Positions 19,327 to 29,830 of a stretch of DNA of 64,000 nt are shown piece by piece. The notes under the pieces are model-generated. The model saw only the letters and a program-made list of their open reading frames with translations, was not told the origin of the DNA and ran no database searches. Every line of letters starts with the position of its first letter. The stretch's first letter is position 1. The translations under genes were made by a program, and so were the position numbers. The DNA is taken from contig CALOFL010000004.1 in assembly GCA_942492615.1 (NCBI GenBank), positions 4,847 to 68,846 of the forward strand, given 5' to 3'. Source of the stretch: Candidatus Krumholzibacteriia bacterium. Lineage in GTDB: Bacteria > Krumholzibacteriota > Krumholzibacteriia > LZORAL124-64-63.

Positions 19327-20691
19327 TCACTTGATCCGGTATGCGATCACTTCCATGGGAGCGGCTTCCTCTTCATCGGTGCCGGCCCCGCCGAACTGGG
19401 CGAGGGCGGAATCCCAGAATCCGGTGATCATGAAGACCATGTCGTCGCCCCCGAAGAACAGGAAATCCTCCTGGGGGTTGCCGTCACAGACGATCTGCAC
19501 CTGCTTCTCGAAATGACCATCCGGGCTGAAGACATCGTAGTAGGTGAACATGCCCTCCGGGGCGGTCCACATGGCCCGGCTGTTCAGGACCCAGATGCTG
19601 CCGTCGCCGGCGACGCGGATGAACGCGATGTCGGGTTCGGTCTCCTCCCAGCTGATGGGAGCGCCGGGCGCCTGCGTGCGCTGGATGGTCTCCATGATGC
19701 GTTGCCAGATGCCGGCCAGACGCTCGTCACGCTGAAAGGACTCGTACTGGCGGCTGATGACCCGCTCGAGATCCCCGGCGGGCGTGAACACGCTGATCTC
19801 GTAGCCGTTGCGGGGGATGGCGACGACCACGCCGCCGTCCGGCGTGATGTCGAACCGCCGGTCGGCGCCGTCGATCAGGGTCTTTTCGTCCAGGCGCAGT
19901 TCGGCCAGCTTGACGGTCACCAGGTTCGTCGCGTAGGTCTTGGCGCGCAGGCCGTCCGCGCCGAGACTGCTGAGGAAGGTTTCGCGGGTGACGATCCCGT
20001 TGGCCTGGTCGACGTGCTGCTCGGTGCCGCCGGCGACGACGTTGCCGCCCGCCTGGCGCAGGCCGCGCATGATGTAGAACGCGCCCTTGGTCGGGTCGCC
20101 CAGGTTCCAGATGCCGGCGTCGGTATTGTCCAGGTTCAGCTTGATGATGCGGCCGGGAAACGCCTGCAGCACCCCGATGGTGCCGTCGGGCATGAAGGCC
20201 ATGTCGGTGGGGCCGCGAAACTCGCCCGGACCGTCACCTTCGCGGCCGATGGTGTTGATCAGTTCGCCGGCGGGGGAGTAGACCTTGATCTCCGACAGCT
20301 GCCCGTCCAGGAGATAGATGTTCTGGTCGTCGTCGATGAGAACCTTGTTGATGATGCCGAAGATCGACTCCTCGTCGTCCTCGCCGCCGACCCGCCACAC
20401 TTCTTCCAGTTCGAGCACCGCGGTGCCGCCGGCCGGTTCGGCGCCGTTCTTGACGTGAAGGACACCGTCAACCGTCGTTTCTTCGCCGGCGGCGGCCGGC
20501 GCAGCGGCGCTGACGATAAAAACCGCGGCCAGCAGAAAGATGGCAGCGGGGATGGTTCGGCCGAATCTTGATGCAATCATGGCGCCTCCTCGGCGGAAAT
20601 CAGGAGTTCTGGGGGACAGGGACGGTACCCCCGCCCGGGGGAGAATATTCCGCGGCGGGGCGATTGGCCACCGTGGATTAGCCAAATCCAC
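19327..20691 (-). CDS. secreted beta-propeller-like protein, paralog B
   Basis: signal peptide; LELEEVWRVGGEDDEESIFGIINKVLIDDDQNIYLLD motif; collinear similarity to 17995..19248 throughout. Confidence 0.5.
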   Translation of the reverse strand: MDLANPRWPIAPPRNILPRAGVPSLSPRTPDFRRGGAMIASRFGRTIPAAIFLLAAVFIVSAAAPAAAGEETTVDGVLHVKNGAEPAGGTAVLELEEVWRVGGEDDEESIFGIINKVLIDDDQNIYLLDGQLSEIKVYSPAGELINTIGREGDGPGEFRGPTDMAFMPDGTIGVLQAFPGRIIKLNLDNTDAGIWNLGDPTKGAFYIMRGLRQAGGNVVAGGTEQHVDQANGIVTRETFLSSLGADGLRAKTYATNLVTVKLAELRLDEKTLIDGADRRFDITPDGGVVVAIPRNGYEISVFTPAGDLERVISRQYESFQRDERLAGIWQRIMETIQRTQAPGAPISWEETEPDIAFIRVAGDGSIWVLNSRAMWTAPEGMFTYYDVFSPDGHFEKQVQIVCDGNPQEDFLFFGGDDMVFMITGFWDSALAQFGGAGTDEEEAAPMEVIAYRIK

Positions 20692-20712
20692 CTTTCGGTC
20701 CGGGAAGCCGGG

Positions 20713-22923
20713 TCAGCGCAGGGCTTCGGCCCACAGCAGGGTCCGGTCGGCAGCCTGGGTCAGGTTGAGACCGCCGCGGACCTGCTCGAACCCGGCAACG
20801 TCGTATCCCAGCTCCCGGGCGATTTCCAGAAAACGCGCAGCCTGTCCGGCCAGGCCGGTTTCCTGAACGAAGTCGATCCAGGTGACGGGCACCGCCGAGG
20901 GCTCCGGGCCCAGCTGGCGGCGCAGGAAATCGTCACCGGCCTGGGGCCAGGGTTCGAAGTTCCGGCCGGCGAACACGAGCACGGCCTGCAGGGCTTCCTG
21001 CCGCGACCGGGTCAGCTGCACGGCCGTGGCGCCGCAGTCATCGATACCCACGGCGCTGGCCGGTCCGGTGTCGAAGTATGCGCGCGCCCAGTCCAGCGCG
21101 ACTTCGGCCTCGGTCAGCAGCGCCGCGTTTCGGTCCGGGTCCGTGATGTCCAGGTGCGGGATCAGGTAGATGGGGAACCCGCGGTCGGCATCCGCCTTGA
21201 GGGTCGGACGCTGACCGCCATGCTCGTAGTTCTGCCCGATGCGATGGGCGAAGCCGCTGGCCTGGCCCGCGGCGCTGCTGAGGACGACCACCGGGTTGAG
21301 GACCGCGGCGATCTTCCAGCCCGACGGCAGGTAGGCGCTGCACCGGCGGTCCCGGCCGTCGGGACCGGGATAGACCAGCAGGAACGAACCCTTGTCCGGC
21401 AGGATGGTGCCCAGCTCGATGTCGCTTTCGAGCAGCAGGCGGATGTCGTTCAAGGTCGTGGCAATGGCCCCCGGGTTGCGCCGGATCCGGTGCCGGGCGA
21501 CCGCCTCCTCGATGGACGTCAAATAGTAGGTCGCCGTGGGCCGGTCCTTGGGGGCCAGGCGGGAGATGGACTCGCGGATCTCGTCGTCCCAGCCGGGGGT
21601 CAGCTGCAGGATCGAGGTGCTCCACACGGCGGTGCGCCCGGCAGGGAACTTCATCGTCGCCTTCATCAGGTAGGCGCCGGCGTCCAGCGAGGTGAAATCG
21701 ACCTCACGCGTGATCACGTTCGGGCCGCTGACCAGGTCCACCTTGCCGGCAATCCTCCCGGTCGGCAGGACGGAGTTGCCCTGGCCGTCCACGAAGTCGA
21801 TCGACAGGATCCCGGTACCGGCCTGCTCGGTGATGGCCGTCAGTTCCACGGCGAGCGGCCGGTCCCGGCTGATGGAATCCTCGACCCGTCCCAGGAAGGT
21901 TTCGCCCGCCACCGACGACGTCCGGAAGCGGGCCGGCACGAACCGTCGGGTCAAGGCCCGGGGGCGCTGCAGATCGGGAGCTTCCAGCAGCGCTGCCCGC
22001 CGGTAGCCGTCTTCCCGTGAAAGGGTCAGCGCGGCGTTGATGCCCAGGGTGGTGTCGACCAGCGGGTGAAACGGCATGATCGTCGGCCAGGGGATCACCG
22101 CCGTGAGCTGGAGCACGCCCGCGTCGCTCACGCGGATCTTGGGGTCGAGTTCGAGAACACGCTGCCAGCGGTCCTGTGCGGACAGAAAGACGCCGCCGAC
22201 GCCCGCGGCATTCTCGGCGCCGAAGGCGAACATGAAATGGTTGCTGCTCTCGAACGCGGAGGTGCCGTCCGGGACCATCAACGTCACGACCAGACCGCCG
22301 CCGCCGTTCCAGGGAGCCAGCGGGTCGGCGGTGATCAGGCTGGACCACGGTTCGGTCGCGGCAAGTTCGAGATTGAGGCCCAGATCGTCCCACCGCAGAC
22401 GCAGTTCGACCGGGCCGGCCTCGTGGCCGGCCGCGTCGCCGTGCAGGATCAGGGGGTCCGTCCAGGCGCCGTGTTCCAGGGTCACGGCCAGGTTTTCGCT
22501 GCGGGCGGCAAGAGCGGCGATCTCTGCGGTGTGGTAGGCGCGGATCTGTTCCCTGATTCCTCCCTGAAGGTCGGGGTCGTCCTGGGCGTAGCTGAAATCA
22601 CTGAAGCCGGCGGCAACGGCCCGGCCATAGGCCGCGACGGCGGTGGCGGAATTCCCGGCCAGGTTCTCGAGGCAGGCCAGGTTGTAGAGCATGGTGGGGT
22701 TGCCGGGGAAATCCTCATTGAAGAGGCGGCACAGGGGCAGAGCCTCGGCAGTACGGCCCTGCCGCATGAGCGACAGGATCTCGTCGGCACGCAACTCGCC
22801 GGAGGCCGACTGGGCGGTGGCGGTCCCACCGATCACCAGCGCCAGCAGCAGGGTTGCCACACCGGTCAGGAACCGCCCGCTGCCGGTACGCCTGGTTGAC
22901 TCGATAACCTGAACGCTGACCAT
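20713..22923 (-). CDS. secreted protein with C-terminal esterase/alpha-beta-hydrolase-like region (737 aa)
   Basis: start MVSVQVIES… at 22923 with signal peptide (LLLALVIGGTATAQS); the longer 1123-aa ORF was rejected because it overlaps the PhzF gene on the opposite strand. Confidence 0.45.
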   Translation of the reverse strand: MVSVQVIESTRRTGSGRFLTGVATLLLALVIGGTATAQSASGELRADEILSLMRQGRTAEALPLCRLFNEDFPGNPTMLYNLACLENLAGNSATAVAAYGRAVAAGFSDFSYAQDDPDLQGGIREQIRAYHTAEIAALAARSENLAVTLEHGAWTDPLILHGDAAGHEAGPVELRLRWDDLGLNLELAATEPWSSLITADPLAPWNGGGGLVVTLMVPDGTSAFESSNHFMFAFGAENAAGVGGVFLSAQDRWQRVLELDPKIRVSDAGVLQLTAVIPWPTIMPFHPLVDTTLGINAALTLSREDGYRRAALLEAPDLQRPRALTRRFVPARFRTSSVAGETFLGRVEDSISRDRPLAVELTAITEQAGTGILSIDFVDGQGNSVLPTGRIAGKVDLVSGPNVITREVDFTSLDAGAYLMKATMKFPAGRTAVWSTSILQLTPGWDDEIRESISRLAPKDRPTATYYLTSIEEAVARHRIRRNPGAIATTLNDIRLLLESDIELGTILPDKGSFLLVYPGPDGRDRRCSAYLPSGWKIAAVLNPVVVLSSAAGQASGFAHRIGQNYEHGGQRPTLKADADRGFPIYLIPHLDITDPDRNAALLTEAEVALDWARAYFDTGPASAVGIDDCGATAVQLTRSRQEALQAVLVFAGRNFEPWPQAGDDFLRRQLGPEPSAVPVTWIDFVQETGLAGQAARFLEIARELGYDVAGFEQVRGGLNLTQAADRTLLWAEALR

Positions 22924-23142
22924 GTCTTCCTTTCGGGAATGCCGTCCTGAAGGCGCTGATACGCTCGTGGTCAAAAAAAGTGCCCGGAACCCTCCGTCGC
23001 AAGACGGTTGTCGGCCGTCCGCAATATAAGTAATATTTAGGAGTATCGTCCTTCGTATCTGCGACCGGCAGCCGGGCCTTCCGCCCGGAGGCATCCCCGG
23101 TTCGGCATCGCCCCGGCGACGCCATAGCGAAATGAGGACGCC

Positions 23143-24075
23143 ATGGCCATCATACCCTTCCATATCGTCGACGCCTTCGCCGACCATCCGTTCACGGGCA
23201 ATCCCGCGGCGATCATCCCGAACGCCGGCACCCTGACCGAAACGGAAATGCTGCAAATCACCGACGAACTGTCCATGGAGGCCGGTTTCGTGCTGCCGCC
23301 GACCATGTCGGGAGCGGATGTCCGGCTGCGGTTCTTCACCAAGCGGCGCGAGGCCATCCTCAGCGGGCATGTGGTCATCGCCGCGTTCGCCTCGATGGCC
23401 GATCGCGGTTTCTACCGCCCACATCCCGAAGGTTTGACGGTCCAGCTGGAGACCGGCGCGGGCGTGCTGCCGGTCGTCCTGACCGCGGCGGCCGAGGGCC
23501 GGACGGAAGTCACCCTGCAGCTGCCGGGGCCCCGCTTCGGCGAGCCCATTCCGGCCGGGGAAGTCGCGGCGGCCCTCGATTTGCCGGCCGAGTACCTCAG
23601 TATCGGTGACCACGGTCCCCAACGGGTGTCCTGCGGGTTCGATCAGATCATCGTACCGGTCAATGACCGCACCGCGATGCGCGGGGTGTTCCGGGAAATG
23701 GATGCCATCGGCGAACTGACCGATCGGCGCGGCGTCGGCGGGCTGACGTTGCTGTGCCCCGATACCTATGGCCACGCAGCGCACTTCCACTGCCGGTTCT
23801 TCCATCCGCGGGTCGGCGCGGACGAAGATATCGCCAGCGGCACCTCTCTGGGCGCCGCGGCGGCCTACGCGGTGGACCGGCAGCTGGTTCCCATCTCCGA
23901 CCTGGTCACCGTGGTGACCGAGCAGGGCCATTCCCTGGGCCGGCCCACGCTGGCGGAAATCGGCGTGGCCGCTCCCGGCGGTCGGATCGACAGCGTGCAG
24001 CTGACCGGGACCGGCGCCGTGGTCATGCGGGGATCCTTCCACTTCAACCGGCAGGTCGTGATGGCCGCCCATTGA
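23143..24075 (+). CDS. PhzF-family (phenazine biosynthesis-like / diaminopimelate epimerase-fold) isomerase
   Basis: MAIIPFHIVDAFADHPFTGNPAAI… N-terminus typical of the PhzF family; ~310 aa. Confidence 0.8.
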   Translation: MAIIPFHIVDAFADHPFTGNPAAIIPNAGTLTETEMLQITDELSMEAGFVLPPTMSGADVRLRFFTKRREAILSGHVVIAAFASMADRGFYRPHPEGLTVQLETGAGVLPVVLTAAAEGRTEVTLQLPGPRFGEPIPAGEVAAALDLPAEYLSIGDHGPQRVSCGFDQIIVPVNDRTAMRGVFREMDAIGELTDRRGVGGLTLLCPDTYGHAAHFHCRFFHPRVGADEDIASGTSLGAAAAYAVDRQLVPISDLVTVVTEQGHSLGRPTLAEIGVAAPGGRIDSVQLTGTGAVVMRGSFHFNRQVVMAAH

Positions 24076-24164
24076 TCCGGCCATGGTCGACGCCGTATCT
24101 TTCCCGTGTCCCCGGGCCTGTCCAGCCGGCCCGCCACCGACCCCTGTGAAAGTGATGCTCCTCG

Positions 24165-25505
24165 ATGAACGGTTCTTCAGTTGTGGCCGCCCGGCTTTCG
24201 CTCCTGTTTTATTTGACCATCACCGTCGTCACCGGATGCAGCGACAACAGCCCCGAACTGGACCGGTACCAGGCCCAGGTCAGGGTGAGCGACGAACGGT
24301 CCGGCCAGCCGGTCCCGGGGGTGAAGGTTGCGGTCATGTCCAGGGCGCAGAACATCCCCGTGGCGCTGGCCGTTGCGGATGCGGGCGGGCTCTGTCGCTT
24401 CCCGAACCTGGCCTACGGGGATTACCGGTTGCTGGCCTTCGGCGGCAACACGCACGTGGTGCACAACCTGCCGCAGGCCTGGCGCTGGTTCGGGAAGGCG
24501 GGCGGGCAGTCGTCCGGGACTCTGACATCGCCGCTGGCCCCGCAAGCCACGCCGCCGGCCCCCTTGCCTCCGGAGATCCTGATGCGCGCCATCGTCGGCG
24601 AGCCGCTGCCGCGGATCGCCGGCACCGTCGTCGATGCCGTGACCGGCGAGCCCCTCGCTGCGGTTTTTCTCGGCCTGTCGCCCTACCTGGAGGGGTACCA
24701 GGGTGACAGCGGGCCCGAGGACGACGTCACCGATAGCCAGGGCCGATTCACGGTGAACCGGATCCCGTTCGCCCGCGATCCCTTCACCGGCAACCTGCTG
24801 CAGATCACCCCGCTGCGGGTGACGCGGCACGGGTACCGCCCGCTGGTCTGGACCTACCGGCCGCCGAACGGCTCGGACAACCTGGATATCACGGGCGTGA
24901 CCATCAGACTGGAGCCGCTCGGGGCTGATGCGACCGGAACAATCCGCGGGAGGCTGCTTCTGCTGGGCGAACCGGGCGTGGGCGTGCAGGTCGGGCTGGG
25001 GGTGGCCGGGAATCCGGCCGACGCCAAGGCGGGGCCGGGTATGACGGGCTGGACCGCGGTCACCGATACGTCGGGAATCTTCACCTTCACCGGACTGCCG
25101 GCCGGGACCTTCCTGCTGCACCCGGGGTATCTGCTGCACGACGGCTTCTTCTACCCCAACCAGCCCGGCAACACGCCGCGCCTGGTGGAGCCGGGACAGA
25201 CGACCGACGTGGGCGACCTGATCCTGTTCCGGGAGATCACGCCCTACCATCCGGCCGGCGGCATCCGCCTTGCCGAAGCCCCCCGGGAACTCTCCTGGTC
25301 GGCGGTGCCGGATGCGACCACCTACCGCGCGGCACTCGACGGCTTCGGCCTGGCGCCGGTCGGCGAGTCTCGCTTGACGCTGCCGGACTCCCTGGACATC
25401 GGCCCGGGACTGCATTCCTGGGTGGTCAGCGCCTACGACGCGGACGATCAACCGCTGGGCACCGTCCAGACCGAGGCGCTGTTCCGGATCATGGACTTGG
25501 ACTAG
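24165..25505 (+). CDS. lipoprotein with repeated Ig-like/carboxypeptidase-regulatory-like beta-sandwich domains
   Basis: signal peptide plus lipobox (TVVTGCSD); repeated PGVKVAV…GDYRL-type beta-sandwich motifs. Confidence 0.45.
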   Translation: MNGSSVVAARLSLLFYLTITVVTGCSDNSPELDRYQAQVRVSDERSGQPVPGVKVAVMSRAQNIPVALAVADAGGLCRFPNLAYGDYRLLAFGGNTHVVHNLPQAWRWFGKAGGQSSGTLTSPLAPQATPPAPLPPEILMRAIVGEPLPRIAGTVVDAVTGEPLAAVFLGLSPYLEGYQGDSGPEDDVTDSQGRFTVNRIPFARDPFTGNLLQITPLRVTRHGYRPLVWTYRPPNGSDNLDITGVTIRLEPLGADATGTIRGRLLLLGEPGVGVQVGLGVAGNPADAKAGPGMTGWTAVTDTSGIFTFTGLPAGTFLLHPGYLLHDGFFYPNQPGNTPRLVEPGQTTDVGDLILFREITPYHPAGGIRLAEAPRELSWSAVPDATTYRAALDGFGLAPVGESRLTLPDSLDIGPGLHSWVVSAYDADDQPLGTVQTEALFRIMDLD

Positions 25506-26720
25506 GTCAGGACCAGATCCCGGGTGTCGCGGGCGATCATCAGTTCCTCGTTGGTTGGGATGATCATGATCCTCACGCGCGAACTCATCTTGCTGATGAT
25601 GGCTTCGTCGTGGCGGGTGGCGTTCTTGAAGGGGTCGAGCACCGCGCCGATGGCCTCCAGACCCCGGCAGGCCCACTCGCGGACCAGGGACGCGTGCTCG
25701 CCGACGCCGGCGGTGAAGATGATGGCGTCGACCCGGCCCAGGGCCACGGCGTAGGAGCCGATGTACTTGCGGATGTGGTAGGCGTAGACCTCGAGGGCCA
25801 GGCGCGCCCGGTCGTTGCCGTTGGCGTACTCGCGCTCGACGTCGCGCAGGTCGCTGCTGATCCCGCTGATCCCCAGCATCCCGCTTTCCTTGTTCAGCAT
25901 CTGCTCGACCTGGGCGAGGGTCAGGTCCAGCCGCCGGGACAGGTAGCCCACGATGGCCGGATCGATGTCGCCGCTGCGCGTGCCCATCATCAGGCCCTCG
26001 AGCGGCGTCAGTCCCATGCTGGTGTCGATGGACTTGCCGCCCCGGACCGCGGCCACCGAGGCGCCGTTGCCCAGGTGGCAGGTGATGAGGTTCAGGTCGG
26101 CGGTGTCCCGTTCGAGCATCTGGGCCGCCCGCGCGGTGACGAAGCGGTGGCTGGTGCCGTGGAAACCGTAGCGGCGGATCTGATAGTCCCGGTAGAGTTC
26201 GTAGGGGATCGGGTAGATGTAGGCGCGGTCGGGCATGGTCTGGTGGAAGGCGGTGTCGAACACGCCGACCATGGGCACGTGGGGCATCACCTTGCGGGCG
26301 GCCTCGATGCCGGTGATGTTGGCCGGGTTGTGCAGCGGCGCCAGGGGCACGCACTCCTTCAGCGCATCGATCACGTCCTCGGTCGATGAGCACCGAACCG
26401 GAATATTTTTCGCCGGCGTGCACCACGCGGTGGCCGACGGCGCGACCTCGTCCATCGAGGACGATCACGCCGTGCGTCGGGGTCGGTCAGGGCCGCCAGC
26501 ACCAGCTCGATGGCGGCGGCGTGATCGGGAATGGGCAGCTCGTCGACCAGGTCGGCGGCCGCCGGGCGGGCATAGGTGTGGACGCCGTCTCCAGGCCGAT
26601 CCGTTCGACCAGCCCCTTGGCCAGCAGGCGCTCGTCGGTCATGTCCAGCAGCTGGTACTTCAGCGAGCTGCTGCCGCAGTTGATCACCAGGACGTTCTGT
26701 GCCTGTTGCCCGCTGTCCAT
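25502..26720 (-). CDS. ackA: acetate kinase, disrupted by at least three frameshifts
   Basis: N-terminus [15 protein letters not shown] (start 26720); middle [17 protein letters not shown]; C-terminal 317 aa intact ([28 protein letters not shown]…); successive pieces lie in different frames between ~26395 and 26600. Confidence 0.7.
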
Positions 26721-26728
26721 CGCCCTGT

Positions 26729-27722
26729 TTATCCTTCACTCTGCAGGGCGGTGATGGCCACGACGTTGACGATGTCGTCGACGCTGCAGCCGCGGGAAAG
26801 GTCGTTGACGCCCTTGGCCATGCCCTGCATGACCGGTCCGATGGCCTCGGCTCCGGCCAGGCGCTGTACCAGCTTGTAGCCGATGTTGCCGGCGTCCAGG
26901 TCGGGAAAGATGAGCACGTTGGCCCGGCCGGCCACCGGGCTGGCGGGGGCCTTGCTCGCGCCGATCTCCGGCACGATCGCCGCGTCCAGTTGCAGCGGGC
27001 CGTCGACCACCAGTCCCGGTTCGCGTTCCTTCACCAGCGCGGTGGCCGCGACGACCTTGTCGACGTCGGGTCCCGCGCCGCTGCCCAGGGTGCTGAAGCT
27101 GAGCATGGCCACCCGGGGTTCGAAACCGCACAGCGCCCTGGCCGTGGCCGCCGTGGCGACGGCGATATCCGCCAGCTGCGCGGCGTCGGGCTGGGGGTTG
27201 ACGGCGCAGTCGCCGAACACGAGCATGCCGTCGGTCCCCGCGGTCCAGGCAGGTTTGACCATCACGAAGCAGCTGGAAACCAGGCCGGCGCCCGGGGCCG
27301 TGCCCACGATCTGGAAGCCCGCACGCAGCACGTTGCCGGTGGAGTTGACCGCGCCGGCGACCATGCCGTCGGCCATGCCCTCTTGACCAGCATGGCGCCG
27401 AAGAACAGGGGATCGTCCATCGCGGCGGCGGCCTCGTCCTCGGTCATGCCCTTGTGCTCGCGCAGTCGTGGTAGGCCCGCACGAAGTCCGGCCGGTAGGT
27501 CGACCGCGCCGGGTCGATCACGGTGAGGCCCGCGGCCGTCCCACCGTCGGCGGCCATACGCTCGGCAATGGCCTCGGCATTTCCCAGGAGGATGACCCGG
27601 GTCAGCTTCCGGTCACGCAGGATGGCGGCCGCCGCCAGGGTCCGGGACTCTTCCGCTTCCGGCAGGACGATGGTGCGCTCGAGCGGGGCGGCCTTGGCGT
27701 ACAGGCTGTTGACGAAATCCAT
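26729..27722 (-). CDS. pta: phosphate acetyltransferase (short form), disrupted by two frameshifts
   Basis: N-terminal piece 27722..27444, middle piece ([21 protein letters not shown]) in another frame, C-terminal 215 aa (…[20 protein letters not shown]) 27376..26729. Confidence 0.6.
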
Positions 27723-27901
27723 GGCAGGGCACTCCTGGAACCCGGATGAACGACGGTTCAGTCACCTGGGACAAAGGTACTTCCAGGAGGCGGATAGTCA
27801 ACGGCGAACCCGACGGAATCAGGGTCTGGCGGCCGCTGGGGGCTCAAAAAAGACCCCGCCCTGGATGGGGCGGGGCCGAAACGGAAAAAAAGGCCGGCCG
27901 G

Positions 27902-28363
27902 CTACTCCAGCTCCGTCAACTGCCGGAGGTTGGACTGCCCGTCCTCGTGCATGGTTTTGATCAGGTCCGCCAGCGTGAAGCTGGTCCAGAATTCCTTCAT
28001 CCGGGCGCTCAGCAGGGTCCAGATCGAGCGCGTCAGGCAGCCGTCGGATCTTTCGCAGACCTCGGGCTCGAGCACGCAGTCGACCAGGGTGGTGTGCGAA
28101 TCCAGCGCGGTGATGATCTCCCAGAGGTTGATGTCCTCCGGCGGGCGGGTCAGGGAGTAACCGCCGCGAACACCCTTGCGGCTGGAGATCAGGTCGGCCT
28201 TGCGTAGGGTGCCGACCACCTGCTCGAGGTATTTGCCACTGATTTCCTGGGTTTCGCTGATGGCGCTGATGGGCACCGGATCTCCGTTGTAGCCGTCGGC
28301 GATCTGGAGGATGGCCCTCAAGCCGTATCGTACCTTGGTGTTGACCTTCATGTCCGTTGGCAC
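27902..28363 (-). CDS. Rrf2-family transcriptional regulator (IscR/NsrR-like)
   Basis: N-terminal wHTH (TKVRYGLRAILQIADGYNGDPVPISAISETQEISGKYLEQVV) and three clustered Cys (CVLEPEVCERSDGC) typical of Fe-S-binding Rrf2 proteins. Confidence 0.8.
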   Translation of the reverse strand: MPTDMKVNTKVRYGLRAILQIADGYNGDPVPISAISETQEISGKYLEQVVGTLRKADLISSRKGVRGGYSLTRPPEDINLWEIITALDSHTTLVDCVLEPEVCERSDGCLTRSIWTLLSARMKEFWTSFTLADLIKTMHEDGQSNLRQLTELE

Positions 28364-28694
28364 CTCCGGGTGGTCGCAGCTGGGCGGGCTCTTCGGTATG
28401 CACTAGGATATTTCGTCGCCATCGGCGAACTACAGGCAGTGGAGGACCCCGTATTACGATCAGTTCTTATGTAACACCCGGGCGCGACCAACTGCGAGGT
28501 GCAATATCAATCAAACGAAAGGTCCTGGCGCTTACAGGTCTTTTAGCTAAATGTGTAAAAGGCAATGTATTGGATTGGCCCGCTTCCGAAAACCCCGGAG
28601 TTGTGGACATCCCGTGCGGGGGTCCTATCCTGTGCGAAGTATTTCCATTTTCTATCTGCTTGGGCTACACTATTTATTGGAACGGGGACCTGCC

Positions 28695-29729
28695 ATGCAT
28701 GCCGAAGATCGCCGCGCCTTCATTCGTTCGCTGCCCCTGGCGGACATCCACCGTCATTTCGACGGCTCCATCCGGCCGGAAACGCTGTGGGAGCTGTCGG
28801 AAAAGTACTACAGCGCCGTGCCGGGGCTGGACTTCGAGCAGTTCCGCCACTACCTGCAGTGGGACGACAGCCTGGACAACACCCTGCTCGACTACCTCGA
28901 CAAGTTCCACGTCCCGCTGCAGTACACCCAGTTCTACGACAACATCCGGCGCATCGCCTACGAGCTGGCCGAGGACGCCTGGAACGACGGCGTGCGGCTG
29001 CTGGAGCTGCGCATGAATCCCCTGATCCACCGCCGGGCCAGATTGACGACCCGCCAGGTCATCGCCGCGACACGGAAGGGCTTTTCCACCTTCGGGGCCG
29101 AACATCCGGAATTCAAGACCGGGATCATCGTCATCGCCATGAGAAACCACGGCGGCAACATGGCCCGCATCCTGTTGCGGGAGGTCATCGGCGAGAAGGA
29201 GGAATTCCACGACGGCATCGGGGTGATCGGTTTCGACATCGCCGGCCACGAGGCGCCCTATCCGCCGCTGCTGTTCAAGGATGCCTACGATCTGGCCACC
29301 CAGATGGGCCTGAAGAAGACCGCCCACGCGGGGGAGAGCGAAGGGCCGGAACGCATCTGGGAGGCGCTGGACAACCTGGGGCCCGACCGCATCGGGCACG
29401 GCACCAGCGCCGGGCAGGATCCCGAGCTCATCCGACGCCTGGCCGCCGACGGCATCTACCTGGAGGTCTGTCTGTCCTCCAACCTCCAGACCGGCGCCGT
29501 CGCCAGTCTGGCCGACCATCCGTTGCCCCGTTTCCTCGATGCGGGCGTCAAGGTGGCCCTCTGCACCGACAATCCGACCGTCAGCAGCACCAGCCTGACC
29601 CGGGAATACGAACTGGCCATGGAGACGTTCGGATTGACGGAAAACGACGTGGTCGATCTGGCGCGGATGTCCTGCCAGGGCACGTTCCTGGCCGCGGGGT
29701 GCCACTGTCAGTCCCGGCCGACCGACTGA
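28695..29729 (+). CDS. add: adenosine deaminase-family metallohydrolase
   Basis: motifs HRHFDGS, GFDIAGHE, HAGE, RIGHG, SSNLQT, CTDN; start moved to the internal ATG at 28695, before which the ORF has no sensible N-terminus. Confidence 0.7.
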   Translation: MHAEDRRAFIRSLPLADIHRHFDGSIRPETLWELSEKYYSAVPGLDFEQFRHYLQWDDSLDNTLLDYLDKFHVPLQYTQFYDNIRRIAYELAEDAWNDGVRLLELRMNPLIHRRARLTTRQVIAATRKGFSTFGAEHPEFKTGIIVIAMRNHGGNMARILLREVIGEKEEFHDGIGVIGFDIAGHEAPYPPLLFKDAYDLATQMGLKKTAHAGESEGPERIWEALDNLGPDRIGHGTSAGQDPELIRRLAADGIYLEVCLSSNLQTGAVASLADHPLPRFLDAGVKVALCTDNPTVSSTSLTREYELAMETFGLTENDVVDLARMSCQGTFLAAGCHCQSRPTD

Positions 29730-29830
29730 CCAGTCGCGAAACGGGCCTTGCCACCCCCGGGGCGGCGGGTTAATTGCGGCCGACTGCCTCATCTTGGATC
29801 ACCATGAACGACCTAAGGATCAGGAGCGAC

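Noticed and set aside
20713-24084. 1123-aa minus-strand ORF as a single giant secreted protein
   Set aside because: Its N-terminal 390 codons overlap, on the opposite strand, a well-conserved PhzF-family gene (23143..24075). A much better start (MVSVQ… with signal peptide) lies at 22923, so the gene was truncated to 20713..22923.
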